Assembly: GCA_021155965.1 (NCBI GenBank)
Contig: JAJNBJ010000002.1
Location: forward strand, 260,289-324,288
Direction of reading: 5' to 3'
Source: Flavipsychrobacter sp.
GTDB taxonomy: Bacteria > Bacteroidota > Bacteroidia > Chitinophagales > Chitinophagaceae
Length of the DNA stretch: 64,000 bases
Shown: piece after piece, positions 9,111-19,139 of the stretch
Layout: the number at the start of each line of letters is the position of its first letter
Numbering within the stretch: the first letter of the stretch is position 1
Program-made: the position numbers and the translations under genes
The notes under the pieces: model-generated
The model's database searches: none
What the model was told of the DNA's origin: nothing
What the model saw: only the letters and a program-made list of their open reading frames with translations

Positions 9111-9320
9111 TGAAAGGAAAACACATAAGATAAGCCCACAGCGCGTTTCGCCACATACAAAAAAACATATCTACCCAAAACAGGCATTTCCCCGAAATTA
9201 TACCCTGTTTCGACTGGTATTCAAAAAAAATGTGTTGCAACAACGACAGTTCTTCGGGCCAAAAAAAGATGGATGCTGTTATCCCTGGCCGCTTCGACGA
9301 GGAACTTTTTGCAGATCTCT

Positions 9321-10850
9321 TTATTTCTTGATGAACTTCGCGGTATAAATGGCATGTTCACATGTTACCGTAATAAAGTAAACGCCGCCGGCCAATTGCG
9401 CAATATCAATTTTATCCTTACTGTGCGTGGTAAGAATGGGCCTGCCCCGTATATCAGTGATCCTGGCCTCATATGGTGTGCCTTTTTTTAGTGAAATGTT
9501 TATTTCGTTTTTTGCAGGGTTTGGATATACCAGGAGCCTTGCTGCTTCATCAACTTCCTGCACGCTGATGGAATTGGGCACGCATTGCTCTACACCGGCG
9601 ACCTCTATAGCTGAAACCACCGCGGAAAGGTTGAACAGATCCATAGTAAACGGGCCGGTCTGATAGACGTACGTTGTATCTGCAAAGCCAATTGGTGCAG
9701 GAACTGGTGAAAAATCTGTGTCTTCGCAAAACATCATCTCATTGGCATTTGTACGGATAATATGTATTGAGTCGGACCCACTGGTCTTGAAAAAATGGAA
9801 CGACCCATTATCTGCATTGATAAAGCAGGCAGCAGAGCTGGCGGGGGAAAACGTACGTATCCGGTTAAAATACCTGGCCCCTGTAACATTTAAATCAGTG
9901 TCCATACGCACTGACCTGAACCCTTCATAGCCATCCATGATGGGCGCCTGTGCGGATATAAGCAACGTATGTTCATTGCAAAAAATAGCTCTTACATCCA
10001 TTCCGCCTATTGCTGTAGTGCGAACCAAACCCAGTGCAGCATCCAAAACCCGGATCAATGTACGGCCAACACCATCGTGACCAATAATGGTGGGATTGAC
10101 CACGATAAACTGATCGTTATTTATTATTGCCATTGAACTGCCATTTATTCTCCGGCCGGAGGTTGCAGCAACAGCATTGGTTTGCAGTATACTTCCTGCA
10201 TCATTGAACTTCAGGATGACTGACCTGCCAAGCATCCCGGTATACGACACTCCGCTTAGGTATACTTCACCCGGATGCCTGTAGAGTATGGCAGAAGGAT
10301 AATCATCTGATGAGCTGTCACCAATTCTTTCTGCCCAGTCAAGTGTGCCATTAGTATCTATTTTTACGATCACAAAATCGCTGCCTGAAGCAGTATCATA
10401 AGCCTGGCCACACAGGTATAAGTTTCTGTTCCCATCCCCTGTAATGCTATACAGTTGTACCGGGACCGAATTCTTTATGTTTTTTTGCCAGACAATGTTA
10501 TTTGAGAACAGATCGTATTTTAAAATACAGCCAGTATTAGAATGAGGGCCCTGGGTGTTTGCAGTTATATATAACACACTTCCCCATTTATACACGCTAT
10601 TAAAAACGAGGTTAGTGTCTCCCAGGGAAATATTCCTGCAACTATTTACCACGCCGGTATGCTCATTAAATCTTAGAATTGAGTTGCCGGTCACCAACAG
10701 TACACCGGTATCATACCGGCCGGCATAAACAGGCGCTGAAATATTCTTAAAGCCGGGCAATGAGCAAATCTGCTTGTGATACGTTGCCTGGGCAATTGAT
10801 GCGGCAGCACCAGCTACCAGGCACAGCATTGAAACAATGAGTGTTTTCAT
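9321..10850 (-). CDS. T9SS type A sorting-domain secreted protein (beta-propeller-like N-terminal region)
   Basis: 509 aa; signal peptide; C-terminal LLVYPNPAKNEINISL...LAGGVYFITV... matches the T9SS C-terminal sorting domain pattern. Confidence 0.8.
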   Translation of the reverse strand: MKTLIVSMLCLVAGAAASIAQATYHKQICSLPGFKNISAPVYAGRYDTGVLLVTGNSILRFNEHTGVVNSCRNISLGDTNLVFNSVYKWGSVLYITANTQGPHSNTGCILKYDLFSNNIVWQKNIKNSVPVQLYSITGDGNRNLYLCGQAYDTASGSDFVIVKIDTNGTLDWAERIGDSSSDDYPSAILYRHPGEVYLSGVSYTGMLGRSVILKFNDAGSILQTNAVAATSGRRINGSSMAIINNDQFIVVNPTIIGHDGVGRTLIRVLDAALGLVRTTAIGGMDVRAIFCNEHTLLISAQAPIMDGYEGFRSVRMDTDLNVTGARYFNRIRTFSPASSAACFINADNGSFHFFKTSGSDSIHIIRTNANEMMFCEDTDFSPVPAPIGFADTTYVYQTGPFTMDLFNLSAVVSAIEVAGVEQCVPNSISVQEVDEAARLLVYPNPAKNEINISLKKGTPYEARITDIRGRPILTTHSKDKIDIAQLAGGVYFITVTCEHAIYTAKFIKK

Positions 10851-11082
10851 GTACGGGTTTTATTGGCTGAGTCCTTCGTTTTTTCAAAGCTACTTGTATT
10901 ACCTGTATTTTTTTGCGGGCTTTAATAAGTGCCACGATAAAATTCATAAGTGCCTGTAAGCTATGGACAGGTGTTATGGCAATACTGGAGGAGTGCTACT
11001 GTCAGCGGACTGCCAACTCTTGGGAGATTCCTCTCTTCACTCGTTGCACTTCGTTCCGTTCGGAATGACGCTCTTTATTGGG

Positions 11083-12111
11083 CTATTTTTTTAAGAGGCC
11101 TTTGCAGATGTTCTTAGTTATTGCGGGGCCTTCGTAGATGAAACCTGTGTAAACCTGTACCAGCTTTGCGCCGGCGTCCAGTTTTTCTTTTGCATCGGCA
11201 GCGGTGAAGATGCCGCCGGAGGCGATGATGGGTATCTTGCCCTGGCTATTGGTGTGAATGTATTTTACTACTTCGGTAGAACGTTTTGTAACCGGTTTGC
11301 CACTGAGGCCGCCTGCGCCTATTGCCTCCACCTGTGCCTGCGGGGTTGCAAGCCCATCGCGGCTGATGGTGGTGTTGGTGGCTACAATGCCCTCTATGCC
11401 GGTGGTGCGCACAATGTCTATGATGTCATCCAACTGCTCATTGGTGAGGTCAGGGGCAATCTTCAACAATATGGGTTTATTGGCGCGCTGGTGGCGGTTC
11501 AGCTCCTTCAGGCGGCGCAGCAGCTCTGTAAGCGGGGCTTTATCCTGCAGGGCACGGAGGCCGGGAGTATTGGGACTGCTCACGTTCACTACAAAGTAAT
11601 CTACCACCGGGTACAACTCCATGAACGACTTTTCGTAGTCTTCAGTTGCCTGTTCGTTTGGGGTGTCTTTATTCTTGCCTATGTTGCCACCTATAATGAT
11701 GCGCTCTTTGCGGTTGTGCAGGTTGTTTGCCGCGTTTGCCGCACCATGATTATTGAAGCCCATGCGGTTGATAAGGGCCTTATCTGCAGGCAGGCGGAAC
11801 AGGCGCGGCTGCGGGTTGCCCGGTTGGGCACGCGGGGTTACGGTACCTATCTCAATAAACCCAAAGCCGAGGCATGCAAGGGAGTCGGTATATTTTGCGT
11901 CTTTATCGAAACCGGCGGCGAGGCCAACTGGGTTTGGGAATGTGATACCGAAAACTGTTGTTTCCAGGCTGGGGTGCTTTATGACGAACAGGCTTTTGAT
12001 AATGCTGCGTATGAAACCTACAGAACACAACATAGTTAGCCTGCGCATGACCATGTAATGAACTTTTTCGGCTTCAATCTTAAAAAGGAGGGAACGTATG
12101 AGTGCGTACAT
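11083..12111 (-). CDS. pyrD: Dihydroorotate dehydrogenase (quinone), class 2
   Basis: 342 aa; N-terminal membrane-associated helix, [29 protein letters not shown] and GGLSG motifs. Confidence 0.92.
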   Translation of the reverse strand: MYALIRSLLFKIEAEKVHYMVMRRLTMLCSVGFIRSIIKSLFVIKHPSLETTVFGITFPNPVGLAAGFDKDAKYTDSLACLGFGFIEIGTVTPRAQPGNPQPRLFRLPADKALINRMGFNNHGAANAANNLHNRKERIIIGGNIGKNKDTPNEQATEDYEKSFMELYPVVDYFVVNVSSPNTPGLRALQDKAPLTELLRRLKELNRHQRANKPILLKIAPDLTNEQLDDIIDIVRTTGIEGIVATNTTISRDGLATPQAQVEAIGAGGLSGKPVTKRSTEVVKYIHTNSQGKIPIIASGGIFTAADAKEKLDAGAKLVQVYTGFIYEGPAITKNICKGLLKK

Positions 12112-12177
12112 TGGGACAAAGATAGTTTCGATTTATGATTTTTGATTTGCGATTTATGATATGTGAGTTGCAGGGTT

Positions 12178-12327
12178 AACCGCTAAGAACGCAAAGGGCC
12201 GCTAAGAAACGCAAAAAGGAGTTTGCTGCTAACTTTACTAATTCGCAAAGAACCGCAGAGGATACGCAAAGGTGTTATACTATGGCTTTGCTATTTCTTT
12301 GCGTTTTTCTTCGCGCTCTTTGCGGTT
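12178..12327. repeat. REP-like intergenic element rich in GCAAAG/CTTTGCG words
   Basis: aaccgctaagaacgcaaaggg (12178-12198) is identical to 58974-58994; the element ends in the inverted partner ctctttgcggtt (12316-12327). Confidence 0.6.
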
Positions 12328-12394
12328 CAGGAATTTGGCTTTTTAACAAATTAACTACAGGGTGAATACGGTTTACCTGTAATTTAGCGGGTGA

Positions 12395-13093
12395 ATGTCT
12401 GCCAGATTTTTATTTGTATTATTTGTGCTGCTACTATGCAGAATGGATCTGCGTGCGCAGGCTATAAAGGGAGAGGTGGTGGACGAGGACAAGAGGCCTT
12501 TGAGTGGTGTGAACATTGAGAATATATACACATCGCTGGTGGTGCAGAGCGGGGAACAGGGGGCTTTTATTATTGCTGCAACAAGCGAACAGTTGCTGGA
12601 ATTCAAAAAAACAGGGTATAAAACTACCAGGGTAAGGATACCTAAGGGCTATGTACCATCGTATTTCCGCATCATTTTGAAAAAGGGGATCAATGATATC
12701 AACCAAGGTGCAATAGCAGGAAAATATGATTACAGGAAAGACAGCCTGCGGTATTATGAGCTATATAAGCATGTGCTGGATTTTCCAAAGATGTCGGCGG
12801 TGCAGGTGATGGCGCATCCATTTACAGCTATGAGCAGGGTGAACCAGCAGAAGTGGCGTTTCCAGGACAGGTATATTGAGTTTGAAGAGCAAAAATATGT
12901 AGACAGGACGTTTAATGCAACACTGATCGCTAAAACTACCGGTCTAAGAGGCGACAGCCTGACAGCATATATCCGGCGCTTCCGCCCATCGTATGAGCAG
13001 CTGCGGATGATGAATGATTATACCTTCTATCTTTATATAAAGAATACCGTGAAGACTTACCGCTCGCGCATTACTCCAAGGAACTCCCAGTAA
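12395..13093 (+). CDS. Hypothetical secreted protein with carboxypeptidase-regulatory-like N-terminal domain
   Basis: 232 aa; signal peptide; IKGEVVDEDKRPLSGVNIENIYT resembles the CarboxypepD_reg fold signature. Confidence 0.55.
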   Translation: MSARFLFVLFVLLLCRMDLRAQAIKGEVVDEDKRPLSGVNIENIYTSLVVQSGEQGAFIIAATSEQLLEFKKTGYKTTRVRIPKGYVPSYFRIILKKGINDINQGAIAGKYDYRKDSLRYYELYKHVLDFPKMSAVQVMAHPFTAMSRVNQQKWRFQDRYIEFEEQKYVDRTFNATLIAKTTGLRGDSLTAYIRRFRPSYEQLRMMNDYTFYLYIKNTVKTYRSRITPRNSQ

Positions 13094-13372
13094 TTATGCC
13101 GACTGCCTCAGGTTATTGAAACTGCCCTTTGCAAATACCAGGTATTGCGTTGTCATTGAATCATAGAAATCTTCTGCGCTGTTCGCATTTTGAAGGTCGT
13201 TTGATACGCCATAGAGGTTACCATCTATATTGAAGTAACCAATAGCTTTTGTAGGGGTATTGAACAGGTGTTTACCGTCTTTGATGCTAAACCCATCAGT
13301 GTAGATCTTGATAGCTCCCAACTCAAATCTGTACCCTCCATCGTCCAACTTTACTATCTTAAACTGATACAT
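13094..13372 (-). CDS. Hypothetical small protein
   Basis: 92 aa from ATG 13372 (MYQFKIVKLDDGGYRF..); no family recognised. Confidence 0.4.
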   Translation of the reverse strand: MYQFKIVKLDDGGYRFELGAIKIYTDGFSIKDGKHLFNTPTKAIGYFNIDGNLYGVSNDLQNANSAEDFYDSMTTQYLVFAKGSFNNLRQSA

Positions 13373-13642
13373 TTCCTTTCTTTTTACTTTAGATATAGCA
13401 AAAACCGCGCAAATTTTTCGTGGCACGCCAGGAGCAGACCGGCTTTTTATAAAGAAAATGTGGAAACGAAGTATAAAATACTGTATTTCAATTTTTTAGT
13501 GCAAATGTTAATGTTGATTTTGCGCGAAAAAATGACAATTTTATGCATATTTAAAATAAATATTCGTTAAGAATACTACAGAATTTGTAGAAAAAAATAC
13601 TCAAGGTGTTGAGTAATAGCGGACTATGGGATTAACTGATCG

Positions 13643-14185
13643 TTAGTTTTGAGGCGCTTTAGAGCGTACCATTTTATAGATCTTTATAGCGCTCATTAAT
13701 AATATCATCAGCAGGGCTAGGCCCAATAAACCCCATGCAAAACTGAGGGTTTGCTTTACTACTGCAAGCATTACAATTGCTATGAGGAATATAGTGGCGA
13801 CCTCGTTCCAGATGCGGAGTTGGGTGGAGGTGTACTTGAAAATGCCTTTAGCTTCCTGCTTGTAGATGGCGTGCAATGTAAAGTGATAGGCATATAGCCC
13901 GCCAACAAAGCAGAGCTTTACTGTGAGCCAGCTATCCAAACCAAAATGCAGCAATTGATACCAGAGTGTGGGGCCGAGTATAAGTGTGATAACAGCAGAT
14001 GGCCATGTGATGCCCAGCCAGAGCCTTTTTATCATGATAGCGAACTGGCGCTGAAGGATGCTTTTCTCTGGTTCGGGTTTGTTATTGGCCTCTGTGTTGT
14101 AAATAAAGAGCCGCACGATATAGAACATACCGCTGAACCAGGTGACGATGAAGATGATATGCAGCGCTTTGAGGTAGAGATACAT
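13643..14185 (-). CDS. hemJ: Protoporphyrinogen IX oxidase HemJ-family membrane protein
   Basis: 180 aa; MYLYLKALHIIFIVTWFSGMFYIVRLFIY N-terminus characteristic of HemJ; sits directly downstream of ferrochelatase. Confidence 0.8.
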   Translation of the reverse strand: MYLYLKALHIIFIVTWFSGMFYIVRLFIYNTEANNKPEPEKSILQRQFAIMIKRLWLGITWPSAVITLILGPTLWYQLLHFGLDSWLTVKLCFVGGLYAYHFTLHAIYKQEAKGIFKYTSTQLRIWNEVATIFLIAIVMLAVVKQTLSFAWGLLGLALLMILLMSAIKIYKMVRSKAPQN

Positions 14186-14190
14186 GGTAA

Positions 14191-14227
<37 letters not shown>

Positions 14228-14240
14228 CTACATTGTTTTA

Positions 14241-15263
14241 TCATGCTTCCAACAATAAAGTCTTCATTGCGTTTATCCACTTGGGCTGTTCGTTCATGCA
14301 AGGGATAAAGGTATAATTTTGTCCGCCGGCTTTTAGGAAATTCTCTTTTTCGCGCACGTTAATTTCTTCGAGTGTTTCCAAGCAGTCGCTGACGAAGGCA
14401 GGGCATACTACGGCGAGGTCTTTGATGCCTTCGGCAGGCATTTGCTCCATGCGTGCTGTGGTTGCGGGTTTGAGCCACTCTGCACGGCCGAGCTTTGACT
14501 GAAAGGCTACGCTGTATTTATATGCCGTAACGCCCAGGCGTTCTACTACCAGGCGTGTGGTAACATAGCACTGGTGGCGGTAGCAGAATTTATGTGCAGG
14601 CGAAGTTGTGGTGCAGCAATCTTTAGAGGTGAGGCAATGCGTACCCGTGGGATCGCGCTTGGTGACGTGACCCTCGGGTATACTGTGATAGCTGAACAGC
14701 AGGTGGGTATTATTATTGGTGAGGTATGGTTTGATGCTTTCTGCCAGTGCTTCGATAAATGCCGGATGATTATAAAATGGGTCTACAAAACGGATAGAGA
14801 AGGGATATTTTCCTTTTGCGTGTACAGTTTTAGCGTGCTCTACGGCAGTTTCGTAGCTGGACATGGCATAGTGGGGGTATAGCGGCAGCAGTACTACTTC
14901 TTCAACGCCCGGGTTTTCGCGCAGCATTTTGTCGTAAGCAAATTTCATGTTGGGATTGCCGTAACGCATGGCAACTTCAACAGGTTCGGTGATGAGTTGC
15001 TGTAATGCTTTTTGTTGCTGATAGGTGATATTTACCAGCGGTGAGCCTTCCTTGGTCCATATGGTTTCGTAGGCTTCTGCAGATTTTGGCGCACGGAAGG
15101 GCGTAATGATACCTTTTACCAGCATGGTGCGCAGCAGGTAGGATTTATCTATTACCCGCTCGTCCATGAGGAATTCGTTCAGATAGTTCCTTACATCTTT
15201 TACACTGGTTGAATCGGGTGAACCGAGGTTCATGATTATGTAGCCGCGTTTTTTACCTGCCAT
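14241..15263 (-). CDS. hemH: Ferrochelatase
   Basis: From ATG 15263 (MAGKKRGYIIMNLGSPDS..); LLPLYPHYA, FSYHSIPE and CPAFVSDCLETLEEI motifs. Confidence 0.92.
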   Translation of the reverse strand: MAGKKRGYIIMNLGSPDSTSVKDVRNYLNEFLMDERVIDKSYLLRTMLVKGIITPFRAPKSAEAYETIWTKEGSPLVNITYQQQKALQQLITEPVEVAMRYGNPNMKFAYDKMLRENPGVEEVVLLPLYPHYAMSSYETAVEHAKTVHAKGKYPFSIRFVDPFYNHPAFIEALAESIKPYLTNNNTHLLFSYHSIPEGHVTKRDPTGTHCLTSKDCCTTTSPAHKFCYRHQCYVTTRLVVERLGVTAYKYSVAFQSKLGRAEWLKPATTARMEQMPAEGIKDLAVVCPAFVSDCLETLEEINVREKENFLKAGGQNYTFIPCMNEQPKWINAMKTLLLEA

Positions 15264-15428
15264 TATATTTTGTTTAACCGAGACGCAAAGGCGCAAAGCA
15301 ATTTTTAAAATAAGAGTGCAAAGAAACTAAGGAAAAGGGCTAATTGTGCAAGAACTGATGAATATCAGGTGTGAAAATGACATTTTTGTGATGGTGCAGA
15401 GCGTTATATTTTATCATAATTTGCAAAC

Positions 15429-15950
15429 ATGCCCAAAAGCTTTATATACTATACTGTTTATGCCTTACTGCTGTGCCTGCCTGCATTTGCTCAAAAAGTG
15501 AAAGAAGACTATGGCTTGCTAAAAAAAGCGAATGAAGAGGTGATATTGGGGTTCAAGCTGCTAAACAGTAATAAAACAGTGCTTTTATGCAGGCAGAAAG
15601 AGAATAAGTATATAGTCTATCGTTTTGGCACGAATGATAATGTTGAGTTGGAGTACCCGGCTGCACCAGACACCCGATCATGGAAACTCTTTACTTATCA
15701 CGGTTATAGCAGGGGTGGAGGTATCGCCAATGAGGCCATGGAAGACTATTGGATCTCTTTTAAGAATAACGGAGTGGAGTATACCATTTATGAAGACTGG
15801 TATATTGGCGATGGCAGCTCGCACCTGGGTATCTCGATAAAGGATGGTAAGAAGGAAATAAACTTGAAAGCAAAGCTGTCATCTAAAACGGGAACTCTTG
15901 GCCTGCTACAGGCACAGGAAAGCACTATTCACAATAGTGCTTATGATTAG
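15429..15950 (+). CDS. Hypothetical secreted protein
   Basis: 173 aa with signal peptide (..LLCLPAFAQ); no family recognised. Confidence 0.55.
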   Translation: MPKSFIYYTVYALLLCLPAFAQKVKEDYGLLKKANEEVILGFKLLNSNKTVLLCRQKENKYIVYRFGTNDNVELEYPAAPDTRSWKLFTYHGYSRGGGIANEAMEDYWISFKNNGVEYTIYEDWYIGDGSSHLGISIKDGKKEINLKAKLSSKTGTLGLLQAQESTIHNSAYD

Positions 15951-16725
15951 CTTCCATACTACCCTTTTATTTATTCCAGGCTCTTACCTTTGGCAAGTGA
16001 ATATCATTACCAGCAAGGCAGAAGCAAGCCCATTAGTTGTAAGGGCACTTACGACTTATCACTATTCGGGAAGGGATGCATTTATACGTGCAGTGCATGA
16101 TACTATCCTGAAAAGAAAAATAAGGTACCCTATACTGGAATATATGGCACAGGAATTTTACGATAGTATCACTGAAATCGATCTGATAAATATCGCAGAC
16201 GGAATAATTGCCCTGCAGCAAAATGGCAGCGAGGTAATAGCAGGCAAAATGCTACAACTGCGCCTTGATGAACATTATGAAGAATGCATTAATAAAGCTG
16301 CTGAATACATTATGCTTGGCAGCAACTGGCTGCCGTGCGACACTATGGGCGAACGGGTATTCGGGCATGCGTTGTTTACTGATCCTAAGAAGACAATACC
16401 TGTATTGAAACGGCTGGCAAAGCATGAGAATAAATGGATAGTGCGATCGGTTGGCGTGGCGGTGCATTATGCAGTGAAAAAAGGGTTGATGAAAGCGGGT
16501 GCGGAGGAAATGTTCCGGTTGTTGCTATCATTGGCTGATACTACGGACTTCCATACAAAGAAAGGAATCGGTTGGGCAGCAAAGACAACAGCAAAATTTC
16601 ACCCGGATATTATAATGAAGTATACGGTGCAACTGGAGCAGCCGGAAATAAAACAATGGTTCAAAACGAAAATAAAAATAGGTTCAGGCAGAGCGTATAA
16701 ATATGCCCACAGGTATACAAGTTAA
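15943..16725 (+). CDS. HEAT-repeat protein resembling DNA alkylation repair (AlkD-like) family
   Basis: C-terminal ..LKRLAKHENKWIVRSVGVAVHYAVKKG...FHTKKGIGWAAK.. resembles the AlkD-like family; start codon uncertain (ORF opens at 15898). Confidence 0.5.
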   Translation: MISFHTTLLFIPGSYLWQVNIITSKAEASPLVVRALTTYHYSGRDAFIRAVHDTILKRKIRYPILEYMAQEFYDSITEIDLINIADGIIALQQNGSEVIAGKMLQLRLDEHYEECINKAAEYIMLGSNWLPCDTMGERVFGHALFTDPKKTIPVLKRLAKHENKWIVRSVGVAVHYAVKKGLMKAGAEEMFRLLLSLADTTDFHTKKGIGWAAKTTAKFHPDIIMKYTVQLEQPEIKQWFKTKIKIGSGRAYKYAHRYTS

Positions 16726-17590
16726 GTCCATACTGAACAAAACGAAACAGCGCGACCCGTGGTTTCTGGATGATTACACCATCAATCCATACAGCGGGTG
16801 CTCTTTCAACTGCCTGTTTTGCTACATACGCGGCAGCAAGTATGGCATGCATATGGAGGAGAAGCTTTCTTTTAAGACCAATGCTGTAGAGTTACTAGAC
16901 AAACAGTTGTATAACCGTGCTAAAAACAGGCAATATGGCATTATCGTATTATCGTCAGCTACAGATCCCTACCTGCATTTTGAAAAAGAGCTCGGCCTGA
17001 CAAGACAGATACTCGAGGTGGTACTGAAACACCGTTTCCCGGTGCATGTTATCACAAGGTCGGATATGGTGATACGCGACCTTGACCTGCTGCGAAGAAT
17101 AAATGACCATGCCATCCTACCAACAGACCTTGAAGGCAAGCTGGCGCATAAAGCATTTATCACGTTTTCTTTCTCTACTCTCGATGACGCTACGACAAAA
17201 ATATTTGAGCCGGGCGCTACTCCCCCATCGTTGCGATTAGCGACAATGAGACGTTGTTTAAATAAAGGTTTCTTTAGTGGGGTTAGTATGATGCCAATGT
17301 TGCCTTATATAACTGATACAGGAGGAAACCTGGAGCATATGTTCCGGACATTTAAAGAGGCAGGCGTGCATTATCTTTTGCCGGCTACCATTACCTTATT
17401 TGGAGATGGGCCATCGGATAGCAAGACACTGGTGTTTCGCGCGATTGAGAAACATTATCCAGAACTACTCGAAAAGTACCATAAGCTCTTCTCAAATAGC
17501 AGCGATCTGCCGCCGTATTATAAGACGGCATTTGAGAAAAAGGTGAAAGAGTTGCTGGAAAAATATGACCTGAAAAACCGCATTATATAG
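16703..17590 (+). CDS. Radical SAM protein (SPL/DNA-photolyase-like subgroup)
   Basis: 295 aa; YSGCSFNCLFCYIRG = CxxxCxxC radical-SAM cluster motif; 23-nt overlap with the upstream gene. Confidence 0.8.
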   Translation: MPTGIQVKSILNKTKQRDPWFLDDYTINPYSGCSFNCLFCYIRGSKYGMHMEEKLSFKTNAVELLDKQLYNRAKNRQYGIIVLSSATDPYLHFEKELGLTRQILEVVLKHRFPVHVITRSDMVIRDLDLLRRINDHAILPTDLEGKLAHKAFITFSFSTLDDATTKIFEPGATPPSLRLATMRRCLNKGFFSGVSMMPMLPYITDTGGNLEHMFRTFKEAGVHYLLPATITLFGDGPSDSKTLVFRAIEKHYPELLEKYHKLFSNSSDLPPYYKTAFEKKVKELLEKYDLKNRII

Positions 17591-17708
17591 CATATAAATG
17601 CCAATAGTAGTGGTATTTTAATTAATGTTCAATTTACTCACTTTCAATATATAAAAACATTAATCACCAGAAATATAAAAAAAAATCTTAAAATATTTAA
17701 AAAAATCG

Positions 17709-17716
17709 TACCTTTG
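17709..17716 (+). promoter_or_regulatory. -7 promoter box TACCTTTG for csp-NYN cluster
   Basis: Matches the Bacteroidota TAnnTTTG consensus 28 nt upstream of ATG 17745; upstream tcttaaaata is shared with the second csp promoter (49664-49673). Confidence 0.5.
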
Positions 17717-17744
17717 CTCTTCATTAATTTTTTTAAAATCAAGT

Positions 17745-17936
17745 ATGGAGCAAGGTGTAGTTAAGTTTTTTAATGGAGCCAAGGGATTTGGTTTCATAAC
17801 GCCATCAAACGGTGGCAAAGATATTTTCGTACACGTATCAGGCCTTATTGACCAGATCCGCGAAAATGACAAAGTAACTTATGAAATAGAGAACAGCCCG
17901 AAAGGGTTAAATGCTATCAAGGTAAAACTTGTCTAA
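17745..17936 (+). CDS. Cold-shock protein (CspA family)
   Basis: 63 aa; KFFNGAKGFGFI (RNP1) and DIFVHVS (RNP2) motifs. Confidence 0.93.
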   Translation: MEQGVVKFFNGAKGFGFITPSNGGKDIFVHVSGLIDQIRENDKVTYEIENSPKGLNAIKVKLV

Positions 17937-17944
17937 ATTTATTA

Positions 17945-18292
17945 ATGTTCATGCGGTACGAGGCCAGGATAAGAACGGTAGAGGGTTATATGGGAAGGCT
18001 ACGGTCTGATGAATATGCATATAAAAGTGAGGAGACCACGGAATTGCTGGTTGGCCTCATATATTATGCCATGCATTCGTTAAGCCGAATCAATGCTGCC
18101 GAATGGAGCAGTTTCCTTGTAATGTTCCGGGATGCTAAACAAAAGGCATTGGCGCGTACAAAAAATGATACCGAAAAAACAGCAAACTATAACGGGGCAG
18201 TGTCTTTATTACTGGCCACTTTTGAAAAATATATCCACTACCTGCGATCAATTGATGGGCCGGTAGTCCGGCAAATGAATACGGCGGGCTGA
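17945..18292 (+). CDS. Hypothetical helical protein, paralogue of 19140-19469
   Basis: 115 aa; aligns by eye with the 109-aa protein (..L..EY......ELL..I....H.LS.IN..W..FL..F...K....T.ND..K.ANY...V..LL.T.EKY..YL.S). Confidence 0.6.
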   Translation: MFMRYEARIRTVEGYMGRLRSDEYAYKSEETTELLVGLIYYAMHSLSRINAAEWSSFLVMFRDAKQKALARTKNDTEKTANYNGAVSLLLATFEKYIHYLRSIDGPVVRQMNTAG

Positions 18293-18315
18293 TACCCGGG
18301 ATCGTTTCAAATATT

Positions 18316-19134
18316 ATGGAAAATAACAGGGAATTACGTCTGGCGGTACTTATAGATGCCGAGAACGTTCCATCCAACAATTTAAAAGAAATGATGGAGG
18401 AGATAGCTAAATATGGCACTCCTACATTTAAACGCATATACGGCGACTGGACAAAGCCACACATCAACCGCTGGAAAAATGTTTTGCTTGAAAATGCGAT
18501 CACGCCAATACAGCAGTACAGTTATACACAGGGAAAGAATGCCAGCGACTCTGCGATGATCATAGATGCGATGGATATTCTGTACACCGGCAGAGTGGAT
18601 GGTTTTTGCATCATATCAAGCGACAGCGATTTCACACGCCTTGCATTAAGGCTGCGCGAAGCCGGAATGAGGGTGATAGGCATGGGCGAAAAGAAAACGC
18701 CTGCCCCGTTTATAGTAGCATGCGACAAGTTCATTTATATTGAAATTTTGCAGGCAGAGCCAACGCCCGCAATAAAAACAGAAGAAACCACGACCGATGC
18801 AGGCACAGAATTACTGCTGAAAAAAACGGATAAAGAACTAATCAACCTTATATCCGCTTCTATAACCGACCTGGCAGATGAATCGGGATGGGCATTTTTG
18901 GGAGAGGTAGGCAACCTTATCTTAAAGAAACAACCTGATTTCGATCCAAGGAACTATGGGTTCAAAAAACTGGCGGTGCTTATAAAGAGTACAGGCTTCT
19001 TTGAATTGGATGAACGCCTGACGGACAAGGGCAATGGCAACATAAAACATGTGTATGTAAAAATAAAACCGGTAATAAGAACGGATAATAAAAGAAAGAA
19101 CAGGACAAATAAAAATACTAACGCAAAAACTTAA
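18316..19134 (+). CDS. NYN (LabA-like) ribonuclease domain protein with C-terminal OST-HTH/LOTUS domain
   Basis: 272 aa; LAVLIDAENV...GKNASDSAMIIDAMD...GFCIISSDSDFTRLA (NYN acidic residues), then LINLI...ESGWAFLGEVGNLILKKQPDFDPRNYGFKKLAVLIKSTG (OST-HTH). Confidence 0.85.
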   Translation: MENNRELRLAVLIDAENVPSNNLKEMMEEIAKYGTPTFKRIYGDWTKPHINRWKNVLLENAITPIQQYSYTQGKNASDSAMIIDAMDILYTGRVDGFCIISSDSDFTRLALRLREAGMRVIGMGEKKTPAPFIVACDKFIYIEILQAEPTPAIKTEETTTDAGTELLLKKTDKELINLISASITDLADESGWAFLGEVGNLILKKQPDFDPRNYGFKKLAVLIKSTGFFELDERLTDKGNGNIKHVYVKIKPVIRTDNKRKNRTNKNTNAKT

Positions 19135-19139
19135 TAACT

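Noticed and set aside
11254-12039. 261-aa plus-strand ORF antisense to pyrD
   Set aside because: pyrD motifs are unambiguous on the minus strand, and the antisense product has no recognisable features.
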